This document shows, in pieces, positions 45,701 through 55,736 of a stretch of DNA of 64,000 nt. The DNA lies in contig DHWA01000013.1 of NCBI GenBank assembly GCA_002412935.1, positions 6,954 to 70,953 on the forward strand. Reading direction: 5' to 3'. The translations under genes and the position numbers were made by a program. The notes under the pieces were generated by a model. The model was not told the origin of the DNA and ran no database searches. It was given only the letters and a program-made list of their open reading frames with translations. The first letter of the stretch is position 1. The number at the start of each line of letters is the position of its first letter. Source of the DNA: Patescibacteria group bacterium UBA5194 (GTDB lineage Bacteria; Patescibacteriota; Gracilibacteria; BD1-5; UBA6164).

Positions 45701-46936
45701 CTACGGTATTATTTTCTTAAATATCTTCATTATAGAATGAAACATTCAAGAAAAGTTTATAGAAACCCCTGAAGGTCAAGCCGAATATTTATTTGCTAAA
45801 ATCAACGTTCCTATAACTGAAGCAAAAATTGGATCACTTATAGTAGTATCTGTTACACTATTTTTTTCTACTGGAAGTCATATAAAAGCAGGTAATCTCA
45901 ACACTTCTTTTGTTAATTCAATCAATCATCTTGCTTTAACTCATCATCCAACAAGTATTGCTCATTCTGGTAACAATCAATCTTTTCAAGCTTTTCTTAA
46001 TTCATCTCTTACAAAATATAATATCTCTTCATATCTTGCTGTTGCAATTTGTGATAAATAAATTTTAGAAACTTTTCAATCTTCATTTTGATTAAATCTA
46101 TATAAATCAACTTCTTCATCAGATACTGATTGTTTTTTATCTAATGCCAACTCCATATATTCTACTTTCATTTTTTCAGCAGTATCAATTGATGTTCTAA
46201 CTCATAAAGCTATATCATTTGTAACATTTGTTGATCAAAATGGAATTACAGAAGCATATTTTAAAACTCATTCTTCATAAACAGTAACTCAAGTTGTTGA
46301 TGATCATATATCTATACAAACAACTCAAAGTTCTTTTTGTCTTTTAGTTAAAACTCATTCAGCAGAAGCTATTATATTTGGATAAATATCAAAAATCTCT
46401 ATTCCTACATCAGCAATTGCTTTTTTTATATTATTTAACATATTAACATTTATAGAAAATATGTTAGCAACTACTTCCAATTTTCTAGCTGACATTCATA
46501 TAGGATTTTTTACTCAAGCCTCTAAATCAACTACAAAATATTCAGGAAGTACTTTTAAAATCTCTCTATTAGGTAATTCTACTCAATTTTTAGCCATTTC
46601 CATAGCTCTATCTAAATCATCATGTGTAATTTCACTTCAAGCAATAGCTATAACTCATTTACTTTTAATAACTTCAAAAGATGATGAATTAAAAGATATA
46701 TAAACTCATGACACTTGTTCTCCAGCCATTCTCTCAGCTTCTTCAAGAGACTTATCTAAATTATTTTTGAATTCTTCCATATCTAAAATATTTCATTTTT
46801 TTATGGCATTGGATACAGAAATTCAAACTCACAAAACATGGAAATCATTTGTATTTTCTGTATCAAATCTTCAGATAACTGTTTTAATATTAGCACTTCA
46901 AATATCTATTGATGTAATTGTTCATTCGTAACTCAT
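45701..46936 (-). CDS. ftsA: cell division protein FtsA
   Basis: 411 aa. Actin-fold motifs SIDIGSANIK, CIDIGSSTTG, ILVGGG. Immediately upstream of ftsZ. Confidence 0.88.
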
Positions 46937-47246
46937 AATTTTAATTAGTAATTAAAAATTAATAATTTTAGTTTTTGTAACTCTATATATCTATATATAT
47001 TAACTTTATGTTATATTTTTTTATACAATTATTTTCCCTTAAAATAAAGAAAAGTTATATATATACCATTAATTTAACTTGGTAAATTATATTGACTTGT
47101 TTTCTTTTTTCAAAAGTACTTTTAAAGTTGTGTTAAAAAACCTTTAGAAACACAGTATATCACTACATTTAAAATTTAGAATATTAAAAGAATAAAAATT
47201 TTGATTAAATTTAATTTTTTATATAATAAAGAAAAATAAAATTAAT

Positions 47247-47349
47247 TGTCATACTCGTGCTCACGTGCCCCTTGTGGGTATGACACGAGTATCCAGTGAA
47301 CTAAATATTGCTTGTACACTAGATTATCGGGTCAAGCCCGATAATGACA
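47247..47349. mobile_element. TGTCAT-family element with hybrid arms
   Basis: Left arm is TGTCATACTCGTG...CACGAGTATCC. Right arm is TAGATTATCGGGTCAAGCCCGATAATGACA. Lies in the ftsA/ftsE divergent intergenic region. Confidence 0.7.
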
Positions 47350-47419
47350 GGATGATAATTTTCTATTTATTTAGTTATTCCTTAAATTTTTATTAACTTA
47401 CTCTCTTAATCCTTATATT

Positions 47420-48100
47420 ATGAAAATTGAAAATCTAACATTGGCTTTTTCTAATAAAACTGTAGTAAAAAATGTAAACATAGAAATAAATCCTAGTGAA
47501 TTTATATTTTTAATATGACTTAGTTGATCAGGAAAAACAAGTATAATTAGATCTATTATATGAGATTTTAAACCAGTCTCATGAGATATAATCTTGGATG
47601 GTTGAGAACCATTATACAAAAACTTAAATGATAAACTTCTTTCTGTTTACAGAAGAAATATATGAGTTATATTTCAAGATTATAAATTGATGGAATCAAA
47701 AAGTGTCTATGAAAATGTAGCTTTTGCTATGGAAGTTTGTTGATATAATGATAAATACATACAAAAAAAAGTTCCAGAAACTCTAGAACAAGTAAAAATA
47801 TTGTCAAAAAAAGATAAGTTTGTATCAGAATTATCATGAGGAGAAAAACAAAGAGTATCTATTGCTAGAGCATTAGTTCACAATCCAAGTATAATTATAT
47901 GAGATGAACCTACTTGAAATCTAGACCCAATCACAGCCATGGATGTAATGAATATATTTGTAGATTTAAATAAAGAATGAAAAACTATAATTATAGCTAC
48001 TCACGATAAAAACATAGTAGACAAACTCAAAAAAAGAGTAGTAGTTTTCAAAGACAAAGAAATGGTTTCAGATAAAAAGAATGGAGTTTATGAATTGTAA
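47420..48100 (+). CDS. ftsE: cell division ABC ATPase FtsE
   Basis: 226 aa. Walker A GLSGSGKTS, signature LSGGEKQR, Walker B IIIGDEPTGNLD. Confidence 0.85.
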
Positions 48101-48547
48101 TTAATCTTTATTAATCAAATATTGTAATCTCTTATAATGAGTTTTTACAACAAATGAAGTATCTCTTATTTTTGAATCTATATAAGGATCTTTAGATCAT
48201 TTTTCTTTAAAACTATATAATTCAAATAATCTATTTACATTATAAATAAAGCTTCAATATGCTTTTATAACATCAAATCAAGTATAATAGCTAAATTCAT
48301 CATTTTCTATTTTTATTAAGATTTCTTTTTTTACCACATTGTTTACTGTTTTCATATAATTATACATATTATTGTATTTTGTCGTTTTTAAATTTACATA
48401 CTTTATAGATATAGCATCTAAATCTGTTTTTTGTATACCATATTCTAAATCAAGCATATCAGAAATTTCTCATTCTGACGCATTTACAAAATTAGCTATT
48501 GAAAAAATCGAAACAAAGATTATAATGAGACTTACAACTTTTTTCAT
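48101..48547 (-). CDS. hypothetical secreted protein
   Basis: 148 aa with signal peptide MKKVVSLIIIFVSIFSIANFVNA. Its stop codon abuts the ftsE stop. Confidence 0.45.
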
Positions 48548-48610
48548 AATTTATATTTTAAAAAGTAAATTAATTACCTTATACTTATTTTTTAATTATT
48601 GTCAAGTAAA

Positions 48611-49339
48611 ATGAATAAAAATTATTATGAAACTCTTTGAGTTACAAAAACAGCAAGTGAAGATGAGATAAAAAAAGCTTTTAGAAAACTCGCTATGAAA
48701 TATCACCCAGATAGAAACAAATGAGATAAAGCTACTGAAAGCAAATTTAAAGAAATAAATGAAGCATACAGTGTACTTTCTGATAAAGAAAAGAAAAAAC
48801 AGTATGATACTTTTTGATCAGATTTTTCTTGATTTAATGGTGCATCTTGAAATCCATTCGCAGGATGATGAAATCGTTCTTATACTACTTCTGATTTTTC
48901 ATGATTTGAAGATATATTTGGATGATTTGCTTGAAATAATTCAAGAAGTAAAAAAGCTAGTTCTTTTGATTTTTCAGATATATTTTGATGATTTAATTCT
49001 AGTAATCAAAGACAACAAGATGATTATTCTTCAAATTATCAAAAACAACCTCCAAAAAAAGAAGAATCTCTTGATGTGGAAAAAACCTATGAAGTACCTA
49101 TTTTTGACTTAATTTTAGGTTGTAGTATAGAAGTAGAATGAACAAACAAGAAAAAAGTAAAATTAAAAATCCCAGCAAACACAAAACCTTGAATTAAATT
49201 TAGAGTCAAAGATTTAGGAATTTCAAAAAATTGAAAAATATGAAATCTAATTGTGAAAATAGAAGCAAGAATGCCAAAACATATATCAGATGTTGATAAA
49301 AGCTTACTTGAAAGAATAAGAGAAAATATTGGGTATTAA
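48611..49339 (+). CDS. J-domain co-chaperone (CbpA/DnaJ-like, no zinc finger)
   Basis: 242 aa. J-domain with KYHPDRNKG, a G/F-rich linker with most Gly as TGA, and a single C-terminal substrate-binding-like domain. Confidence 0.8.
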
Positions 49340-49558
49340 GACTCTTGTTTAGAATCTCACAATATAAAATTAATAAAATTTTTAATATATTCAATTGTAA
49401 ATCATTGTTCTCATAGTGTTCAAGACATCTTTACTCTTCACTTTTCTAATCAGTGAGGAAATACACTTATTTCAAGAAAATTATCTTGGTAAGTATCACA
49501 TTTAACAACTTCTCAAAATTTTTTTAATCAATGCATTTTGTAAATTTATATAATTATA

Positions 49559-49585
49559 AGAACCTCCAAAAAAGGTTCTATTTTT
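49559..49585 (+). terminator. stem-loop AGAACCT-N7-AGGTTCT followed by a T-run
   Basis: 7-bp perfect stem, then ATTTTT. Lies about 220 nt downstream of the J-domain gene. Confidence 0.4.
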
Positions 49586-49661
49586 CTAAAACAATTATTG
49601 TTATAATTATTTTTAGATTAAAGTCAAAAAAGATTTAGAATTTATTTATGGAATACTCCCT

Positions 49662-49769
49662 TGTCATCCTGAGAGTAACGAAGGATCCCTTGAATACGGT
49701 ATTTTCTAAGTTTCATTATAAATATAGTAAACCGTGTCTAAGGGATTCTTCATTTCATTCAGAATGACA
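49662..49769. mobile_element. complete TGTCAT-family element (intergenic)
   Basis: TGTCATCCTGAGAGTAACGAAGGATCCCTTGAA...CTAAGGGATTCTTCATTTCATTCAGAATGACA, with about 32-nt inverted arms. Confidence 0.8.
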
Positions 49770-49793
49770 GAACTCTCAAGTTCTACCCCCTAA

Positions 49794-50354
49794 TTATTCT
49801 ATTCTCATCAACTTTTCCTTAATTATTTGATCAAATCAACTCAATTTAAAAATATCTTTTAGTTTATTTTTATTTATAAACTTCAATACTTTTTGAACTA
49901 ATTCATCTGGGTGCTTCAAATCTAATTCTCAGAGTAGATTAATTACTTTTAATCTGGATAAAATCAATTTCATTTCATCTATATTTTTTGTTTCATTTAC
50001 TTCCTCAACTATTTCAAATACATCTTTGAATACAAGTCATTCTGGAAGTTTATGATAAACTATTCAAATTATTATTATATATTCATTTATAGTAGCATAA
50101 TCCCTTCATTCATATCTAAACTCTGATTTTATTTTTATATTTTTGATTTTGTGAATATCTCTTTGTTCTTTTGTTTCTATTTCACAATTTATTATATATC
50201 CTAGATCCATTGTTTTCTCTTTTTTATGCTCTTTTTTTTGTACTTTTATTCTACCATAATCAAAAGTAAAGATATCGTAGATAAAATCCTTGTCTTTTAC
50301 CTTAGATATTTTTAAAATTATTGCTTTTGTTTTAAAAAGAGTCATAAATAACAT
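49794..50354 (-). CDS. recO: DNA repair protein RecO (short form)
   Basis: 186 aa. N-terminal OB-fold-like TKAIILKISKVKDKDFIYDIFTFDYGRIKV. Extends track ORF 50106-50354 through a TGA. Confidence 0.65.
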
Positions 50355-50596
50355 TTAATTACTAATAATTAAAATGATATTTTTTTATTTTCATTTAGCA
50401 AATAATTTTCATATAAGTGCTTTAATAAAAGCTCCTTATGTGTATCGAAATACCCAATATTTTATATATAAAATACTTTTATAAAAAAGTCCAAGCAAAA
50501 ATATACAAAAAATTGGATTTTTTTAAACTTTTTCTATACAATACTCTAGCTTTAATTTTAAAAGCTTATATTTTAATTTATAACTTTATATTTAAT

Positions 50597-51334
50597 ATGA
50601 TAAATATTAAGAAACAATGATTTACATTGGTGGAACTGATAGTTGTTATCACAATCCTTGCTATCCTTTGAAGTATAGCTTTTATATCTTTACAAGGTTA
50701 TAGTTCAGATGCTAGAAACTCTAAAAGAACTAGTGATCTAAGTTCTATACAAAGTTCTCTAACTGTTAAACAAACTTCTGGAACTGATCTAAATGCATTT
50801 GTAGATTCAAATGCTAGAAATCTCCTTACTACTGTTCCTATAGCATGAGTTACTAATGCACCTGCTGGTACTTATAAAGCTTGAACTATTAATTACAATG
50901 CCTTGGATATGAAACAAGCTGATTTCCAAGATCCTCAATCTAATGTTTCATATGCAATATGAATAACTACTTGAGCTGGTTGAGCATATCAAATAGCTGC
51001 ATCTATGGAACAATCAGGATGATCAAAAGTTGCAAGAGTAGTTTGAAATTGGATGAATAGAAGTGCTACAACTTATAACACTGTTGCTACTTGAAGTACT
51101 GTTGTATTAAATTCACCTGGTGATGTAAACAGATTTAAACTTGGTGATACTTTAAATTTATGAGGAGCTATTACATGAACTGTAAATAGAGTTTCTGCTG
51201 ATGGTATGACTTTAACTTTATCAACAGGTTCAACTAGTACTGCTATAAGACTTAATTTTGCTGAATCTGAAGGACTTATAGGTAGTGGTAGTACAATTTT
51301 AGTTAAAGATAATTTATCTGTTCTTCCTTACTAA
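50597..51334 (+). CDS. type IV pilin / pseudopilin
   Basis: 245 aa. Prepilin motif KKQG-FTLVELIVVITILAIL, with the invariant cleavage-site Gly encoded by TGA 50618-50620. Confidence 0.8.
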
Positions 51335-51360
51335 TCTTTAGTAAATTAAACTTAAATTTA

Positions 51361-51398
51361 AAAAAGAACTTTCCGATGGAAAGTTCTTTTTTTTATGG
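51361..51398. terminator. bidirectional rho-independent terminator
   Basis: 13-bp stem AAAAGAACTTTCC / GGAAAGTTCTTTT flanked by A- and T-runs. Sits between convergent genes. Confidence 0.65.
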
Positions 51399-51406
51399 AT
51401 ATTTTT

Positions 51407-52327
51407 TTACAACTCCACTTTTTCCTTATACTCTTTCATAAATCTCTTTTCAAAATCTTTTTTTGTGAAAGTATGATTTTGAGTACCATACTTTTCTATA
51501 CAATAACTCGCTGTTAGACATCACAATTTTGCTGAGACTTCCCAAGTATAGGAATTATGTAATCAAGTTATTAATCAAGCTCTAAATGCATCTCAAGCTC
51601 AAGTTGGGTCAGCTACATTTATATTTTTTAGAGCATTTACTTTTTGTTCTTTTTTCTTGTCTATTATTTTTACTCCATCTTTTCACATAGTTACTATTAT
51701 CTTATCGAGTTTTTTCTTTAAATCTTCTTCACTCATAGAAGTCTTATCTAAAAATAAACTGTATTCATAATCATTTAATATAAGATAATTACTATATTCC
51801 AGACAATCTATCAATTCTTCTTTTGTAAAACTTGTAATCATCTGCCCTGGATCAAAAAAAGTTTTTATTTTTAATTCATAACTTTGTTTTAGATGTTTCA
51901 TCATAACTATTTTATCATTTGGTGAAACAATACTATAAGATATATCTATTGCTGGTACATTTTGAGTATTTTCAGCACTTAAAGCACCAGGATAAAATGC
52001 ATTGATTTGATTATTATCTTTGTCATTAATTATATAACAAGAAGCAGTTTGCATATCTTTGATTTTATACAAGTTAGAATAATCTATCAATTTACTTTTT
52101 TCTTTAAAATCATCTCAGACTACTCAAAGCAGTATAGATTTTTCTCATAAAAGTCCTATATTGTAAGCTATATTGTGTCCTGTTCATCATTTTTGTTTTG
52201 TAAGACTTGGTGTGAAAAAGCTCACATTGAGCATATGTATCTTATCAGGTAATATATGGTTTTTAAAACTATCTCAAAAATCCATTATATAATCATAAGC
52301 CATCGATCCAGAAACAAGTATTTTCAT
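51407..52327 (-). CDS. PfkB-family carbohydrate/nucleoside kinase
   Basis: 306 aa. GGTGHNIAYN N-motif and DPTGAGDAF catalytic motif. Extends track ORF 51683-52090. Confidence 0.8.
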
Positions 52328-52369
52328 AAAAAAAATTGGTAAAATTATAAAGTTTTAAAAGTAAATGTA

Positions 52370-52509
52370 TGTCATTCCCGAGAAGTCGGGAATCTTCATT
52401 ATATTGTAGCTAAGAAATAGTGGATTAAATATTTTTTAATATTTTTAGTTCAGTTTTATTGATTGACTATTTTTATACAAAGTAGATTCCCGCCTTCGCG
52501 GGAATGACA
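52370..52509. mobile_element. complete TGTCAT-family element, CCCG-hairpin arm type
   Basis: TGTCATTCCCGAGAAGTCGGGAATCTTC...GTAGATTCCCGCCTTCGCGGGAATGACA. The left half is about 90 percent identical to 53999-54132. Confidence 0.8.
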
Positions 52510-52643
52510 ATAAAGAAAAAAATTAAATTTTTAACTATCACTTTTTATTTTAAAGCTTTTTAAATATAAACAAAAATATATTATTTCAAAGTTTATTTTG
52601 CTTTTTTTATATTTGATTTATACTTAAGAAATATTTACTATCT

Positions 52644-52733
52644 TGTCATCCTGAATATAATGAAGGATCCCTTAAACTTGGTATTTTCACAAAACAATGT
52701 AAATGGATTCTTCGCAAAAGCTCTACAATGACA
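52644..52733. mobile_element. complete TGTCAT-family element (90 bp)
   Basis: TGTCATCCTGAATATAATGAAGGATCCCTTAA...GGATTCTTCGCAAAAGCTCTACAATGACA. Confidence 0.75.
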
Positions 52734-52762
52734 ACCGAATATTAATCTCTAACACAAATTAA

Positions 52763-53989
52763 ATGAAAATCGCAATACTTCACGAAATGCTTATAAAACT
52801 TGGTTGAGCTGAAAAAGTTGTAGAAAAAATTGCTTCTATTTTTCCTGATGCTCCGATTTTTACTCTGATTTACGATGAAGAAAAAGTATGAAAAATATTT
52901 CCAAAAGATAAAGTAAAAGTAGCTTCATCTACTCAGAGAATTTATAATATTACAAAAAATCAAAGATTTTGTCTTCCTTTTATGCCTAGAGCTGTTGAAA
53001 GTCTTGATTTTTCAGATTATGATGTAGTTATTTGTTCTTCTTCTGGATTTGCACATTGAGCAATTACCAAACCAGAAACTAAATTTATCGTTTACTATCA
53101 TTCTCCTGCAAGATATCTATGGGATTGGACCAATGAATACAAAAAAGATATTGGTTTTGATAAGTGATTAAAATGATATATATTAAATAAATTATTTTTG
53201 AGTCTTAGAATGTGGGATGTAATTGCATCATCTAGAGTGGATATAAATCTAGCAAATAGTAAAAATTCTGCTTCTAGAGTACAAAAATATTACAGAAAAA
53301 CTTGTGAAATACTTTATCCTCCTATCGAAACAAAGAGATTTAAGAAAGAAATCAATAAAGTATGAGTTTTGGAAACTATACTGTCATCCTGAACGAATGT
53401 GAAGGATCCCTTAAGCAAGGTAATCACTAAAAAATCAAGTTCAAGGGATTCTTCGTTACTCTCAGAATGACAAACAGTAAATAATATAACATATTACATA
53501 ATTATATCAGCACTAACCGAATTTAAAAAAATAGAAATAGCAATAGAATGATTCAACAAAATGCCTGACAAAAATCTGGTTATAATTTGAGATTGAAATT
53601 ATAGAGAAACTTTGAAAAATAAAGTAAATTGAAATAATATAATTTTTACATGAGCTAGATACTCTGATGAACTTGTAGAGTTAGTTCAATGAAGTCTAGG
53701 GCTCATATTTCCATGAGAAGAAGATTTCTGAATAGTTCCAATTGAAGCAATGGCAGCAGGAAAACCTATCTTTGCATATGCTTGAGGATGATTACTTGAA
53801 ACTGTAATTGATAACAAAACTTGAAGCTTTTTCCAAGATAAGACTTGATATGATTTTGTCCCAAAATTTGCAGAATTTGATCAAAAAGTTAACTCATGAT
53901 TTTTTGACAAAAAATTTATAACAAAACATGCCCTAAAATTTGATGAATCTTTATTTGAGAAAAGGATTAAAGAGATTGTAAATTGATAA
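52763..53989 (+). CDS. GT4-family glycosyltransferase carrying a roughly 30-codon repeat-derived insertion
   Basis: 408 aa. EEDFGIVPIEAMAAGKPIFAY is the GT-B C-domain motif. The frame is uninterrupted through the inserted element. Confidence 0.8.
53382..53472. mobile_element. TGTCAT-family element inserted in frame in the glycosyltransferase CDS
   Basis: TGTCATCCTGAACGAATGTGAAGGATCCCTTAAGC...CAAGGGATTCTTCGTTACTCTCAGAATGACA. Translated as LSSGTNVKDPLSKVITKKSSSRDSSLLSEGQ. Confidence 0.75.
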
Positions 53990-53998
53990 ACTAATATA

Positions 53999-54132
53999 TG
54001 TCATTCCCGAGAAATCGGGAATCTTCATTATATTGTAGCTAAGAAATAGTGAATTAATATTATTTTTAGATACTACTATTTATCTATTATTGTTATTATA
54101 CAAGGTAGATTCCCTTCTTCAAGGGAATGACA
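53999..54132. mobile_element. complete TGTCAT-family element, CCCG-hairpin arm type
   Basis: TGTCATTCCCGAGAAATCGGGAATCTTC...GGTAGATTCCCTTCTTCAAGGGAATGACA. Confidence 0.8.
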
Positions 54133-54181
54133 TACTTTTCTATTTTTATAATGCATTTCACGATGTGTATCATAGAGATTT

Positions 54182-54288
54182 TTAAGGGGGTAACTTCGCC
54201 GTAATACGAAGCACAATAAAAATAGTCTCATCAGCGAAGATTTACCCTCTTAAATTCTTTTTGCTACTTTTTGGAATCAAAAAGTAAG
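54182..54288. mobile_element. short relative of the 7946-8264 element
   Basis: TTAAGGGGGTAACTTCGCC...GCGAAGATTTACCCTCTTAA palindrome, followed by ATTCTTTTTGCTACTTTTTGGAATCAAAAAGTAAG, which resembles the right TIR of the 7946-8264 element. Confidence 0.5.
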
Positions 54289-54310
54289 AGATAAGTAAAT
54301 ACAATATAGT

Positions 54311-54386
54311 AAATGGATTGCTTCGAAAAAACTCGCAATGACAAAAAGTAAATACAAGGAAGATTCCCGCCTTCGCGGGAATGACA
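54311..54386. repeat. two solo right arms of TGTCAT-family elements
   Basis: AAATGGATTGCTTCGAAAAAACTCGCAATGACA (54311-54343) and GGAAGATTCCCGCCTTCGCGGGAATGACA (54358-54386). Confidence 0.65.
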
Positions 54387-54390
54387 TTAA

Positions 54391-54422
54391 TTCCTAAATT
54401 CTATATTCTACATTCTTTATTC
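54391..54422. repeat. NNATTCT heptamer run (TTCCTAAATTCTATATTCTACATTCTTTATTC)
   Basis: Ends at the recR stop codon. Shares TTCCTA-ATTCTATATTCT-CATTCT with 45675-45700. Confidence 0.5.
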
Positions 54423-54424
54423 AT

Positions 54425-55033
54425 CTAAATCTCCTTCCTCTCCTTTATAGCATTCAATATAGTAATATTATCCGCATATTCAATATATCCTGAGCTTAAT
54501 CATCTACTCAAACGAGTTATTTTAACCTTGTAACTTAATCAAATTTTACTGATTTCTTCCTTTATGTAAGCTGTTGTAGCTTCTCATTCTATGTTTGGAT
54601 TTGTAGCTATCAAAAGCTCTATTTTATTTTCACTATTTTCTATCCTTGCAAACAATTTTTTGAAGTTTAAATCAGCAGCAAAAACTCAATTAATCGGAGA
54701 AATTGATCACCCAAGTATATGATAAACTCAATTGTATCATCCTGTTTGTTCTATCGTAAGTAAATCTAAATATTCTTCAACTACACAAATCATATTTTTT
54801 TCACGAATTACAGAAGCGCAAATCTTGCAAGATTCTTGACCTGCATTCATAAGAGATCCACATATAGGGCACTTAGATATTTTTGATTTTAAATCATCCA
54901 AACTACTTTTAAAATTTTCTATATAATCTGATTTTGCGTTTAACAAAAAAAAAGCCAATTTTGTAGCAGTCTTTTCTCATATTCAAGGCAATAAACTTAT
55001 GTTATTTATCAATCTTTTTAGAACTTCGGGCAT
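54425..55033 (-). CDS. recR: recombination protein RecR
   Basis: 202 aa. HhH LPGIGEKTA, C4 zinc finger CPICGS...CKICAS, Toprim region. Extends track ORF 54737-54958. Confidence 0.85.
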
Positions 55034-55060
55034 TTTTTTAAATTAGATTATAGTATTTTT

Positions 55061-55082
55061 TGCATTCTACATTCTTTATTCT
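55061..55082. repeat. NNATTCT heptamer run (TGCATTCTACATTCTTTATTCT)
   Basis: Lies 28-50 nt upstream of the recR start on the minus strand, next to a TATAAT box. Confidence 0.45.
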
Positions 55083-55176
55083 AAAAATCAAAATTTTTAA
55101 TTAAAAATTAGACACAAAAAAAAGTTTATATATAATGAAAAAATATAATTTATTTTAATTCATAATAAATATAAAA

Positions 55177-55608
55177 ATGAAAGAAGTTACAAGATGTATA
55201 ATAAAAAATAAAGAGTGAAATATACTTTTAATAAGACATAAATGATCTGAATCATGGACTTTGCCCGGATGACATGTAGAAAATAAAGAAAACATATATA
55301 ATGCAATAAAAAGAGAAATAAAGGAAGAACTCGGTGTAAGTCTAAAAATACTTTGATATAAAATATGATTTGAAGTAAAAAAAATAAAAGAAAAACCACT
55401 ACCACTATGTGTATACAAAGTAGATTATACAAATAGAAAATGAAAAAAAGTAACAAAACTTGAATACATATTTCTAGGTAAAATAAAAGATGAAATAATA
55501 AAAACTCAAATAGATGAAGTTGATGAATTTAAATGGTTTTCTGTAGATGAAATAGAAAATCTAGAAAATACTTTTGATCAAATTAAAGAAATTATAAAAA
55601 TTGTATAG
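55177..55608 (+). CDS. NUDIX hydrolase
   Basis: 143 aa. Nudix box GGHVENKENIYNAIKREIKEELG, with the second Gly encoded by TGA. Confidence 0.8.
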
Positions 55609-55613
55609 ATTTT

Positions 55614-55707
55614 TGTCATTGCGAGTTTTTACGAAGCAATTCAGAAATCATTGATTTAACAATAAAACACTATTTAAGGGATTCTTCGCTAATCGCTCAG
55701 AATGACA
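55614..55707. mobile_element. TGTCAT-family element with arms from two different subtypes
   Basis: Left arm TGTCATTGCGAGTTTTTACGAAGCAAT (GCAA type). Right arm TTAAGGGATTCTTCGCTAATCGCTCAGAATGACA (GGATCCC type). Confidence 0.7.
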
Positions 55708-55736
55708 GTTTTTCAGTGTTTACTTAATTAAAAAAT

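Noticed and set aside
43930-47000. Replication origin near rpmH-rnpA-yidC
   Set aside because: No dnaA gene is adjacent (ftsZ and ftsA lie upstream instead). I found no clustered TTATCCACA-like boxes.
49336-49536. 66-aa minus-strand ORF overlapping the end of the J-domain gene
   Set aside because: It has an unusually high TGA fraction (9 of 66 codons) and no motif. A plus-oriented terminator-like hairpin lies just upstream of its start. It is probably non-coding.
52370-54386. CRISPR array, because of closely spaced GC-rich repeats
   Set aside because: The repeats are inverted rather than direct, have several subtypes and irregular spacing, and no cas genes are present.
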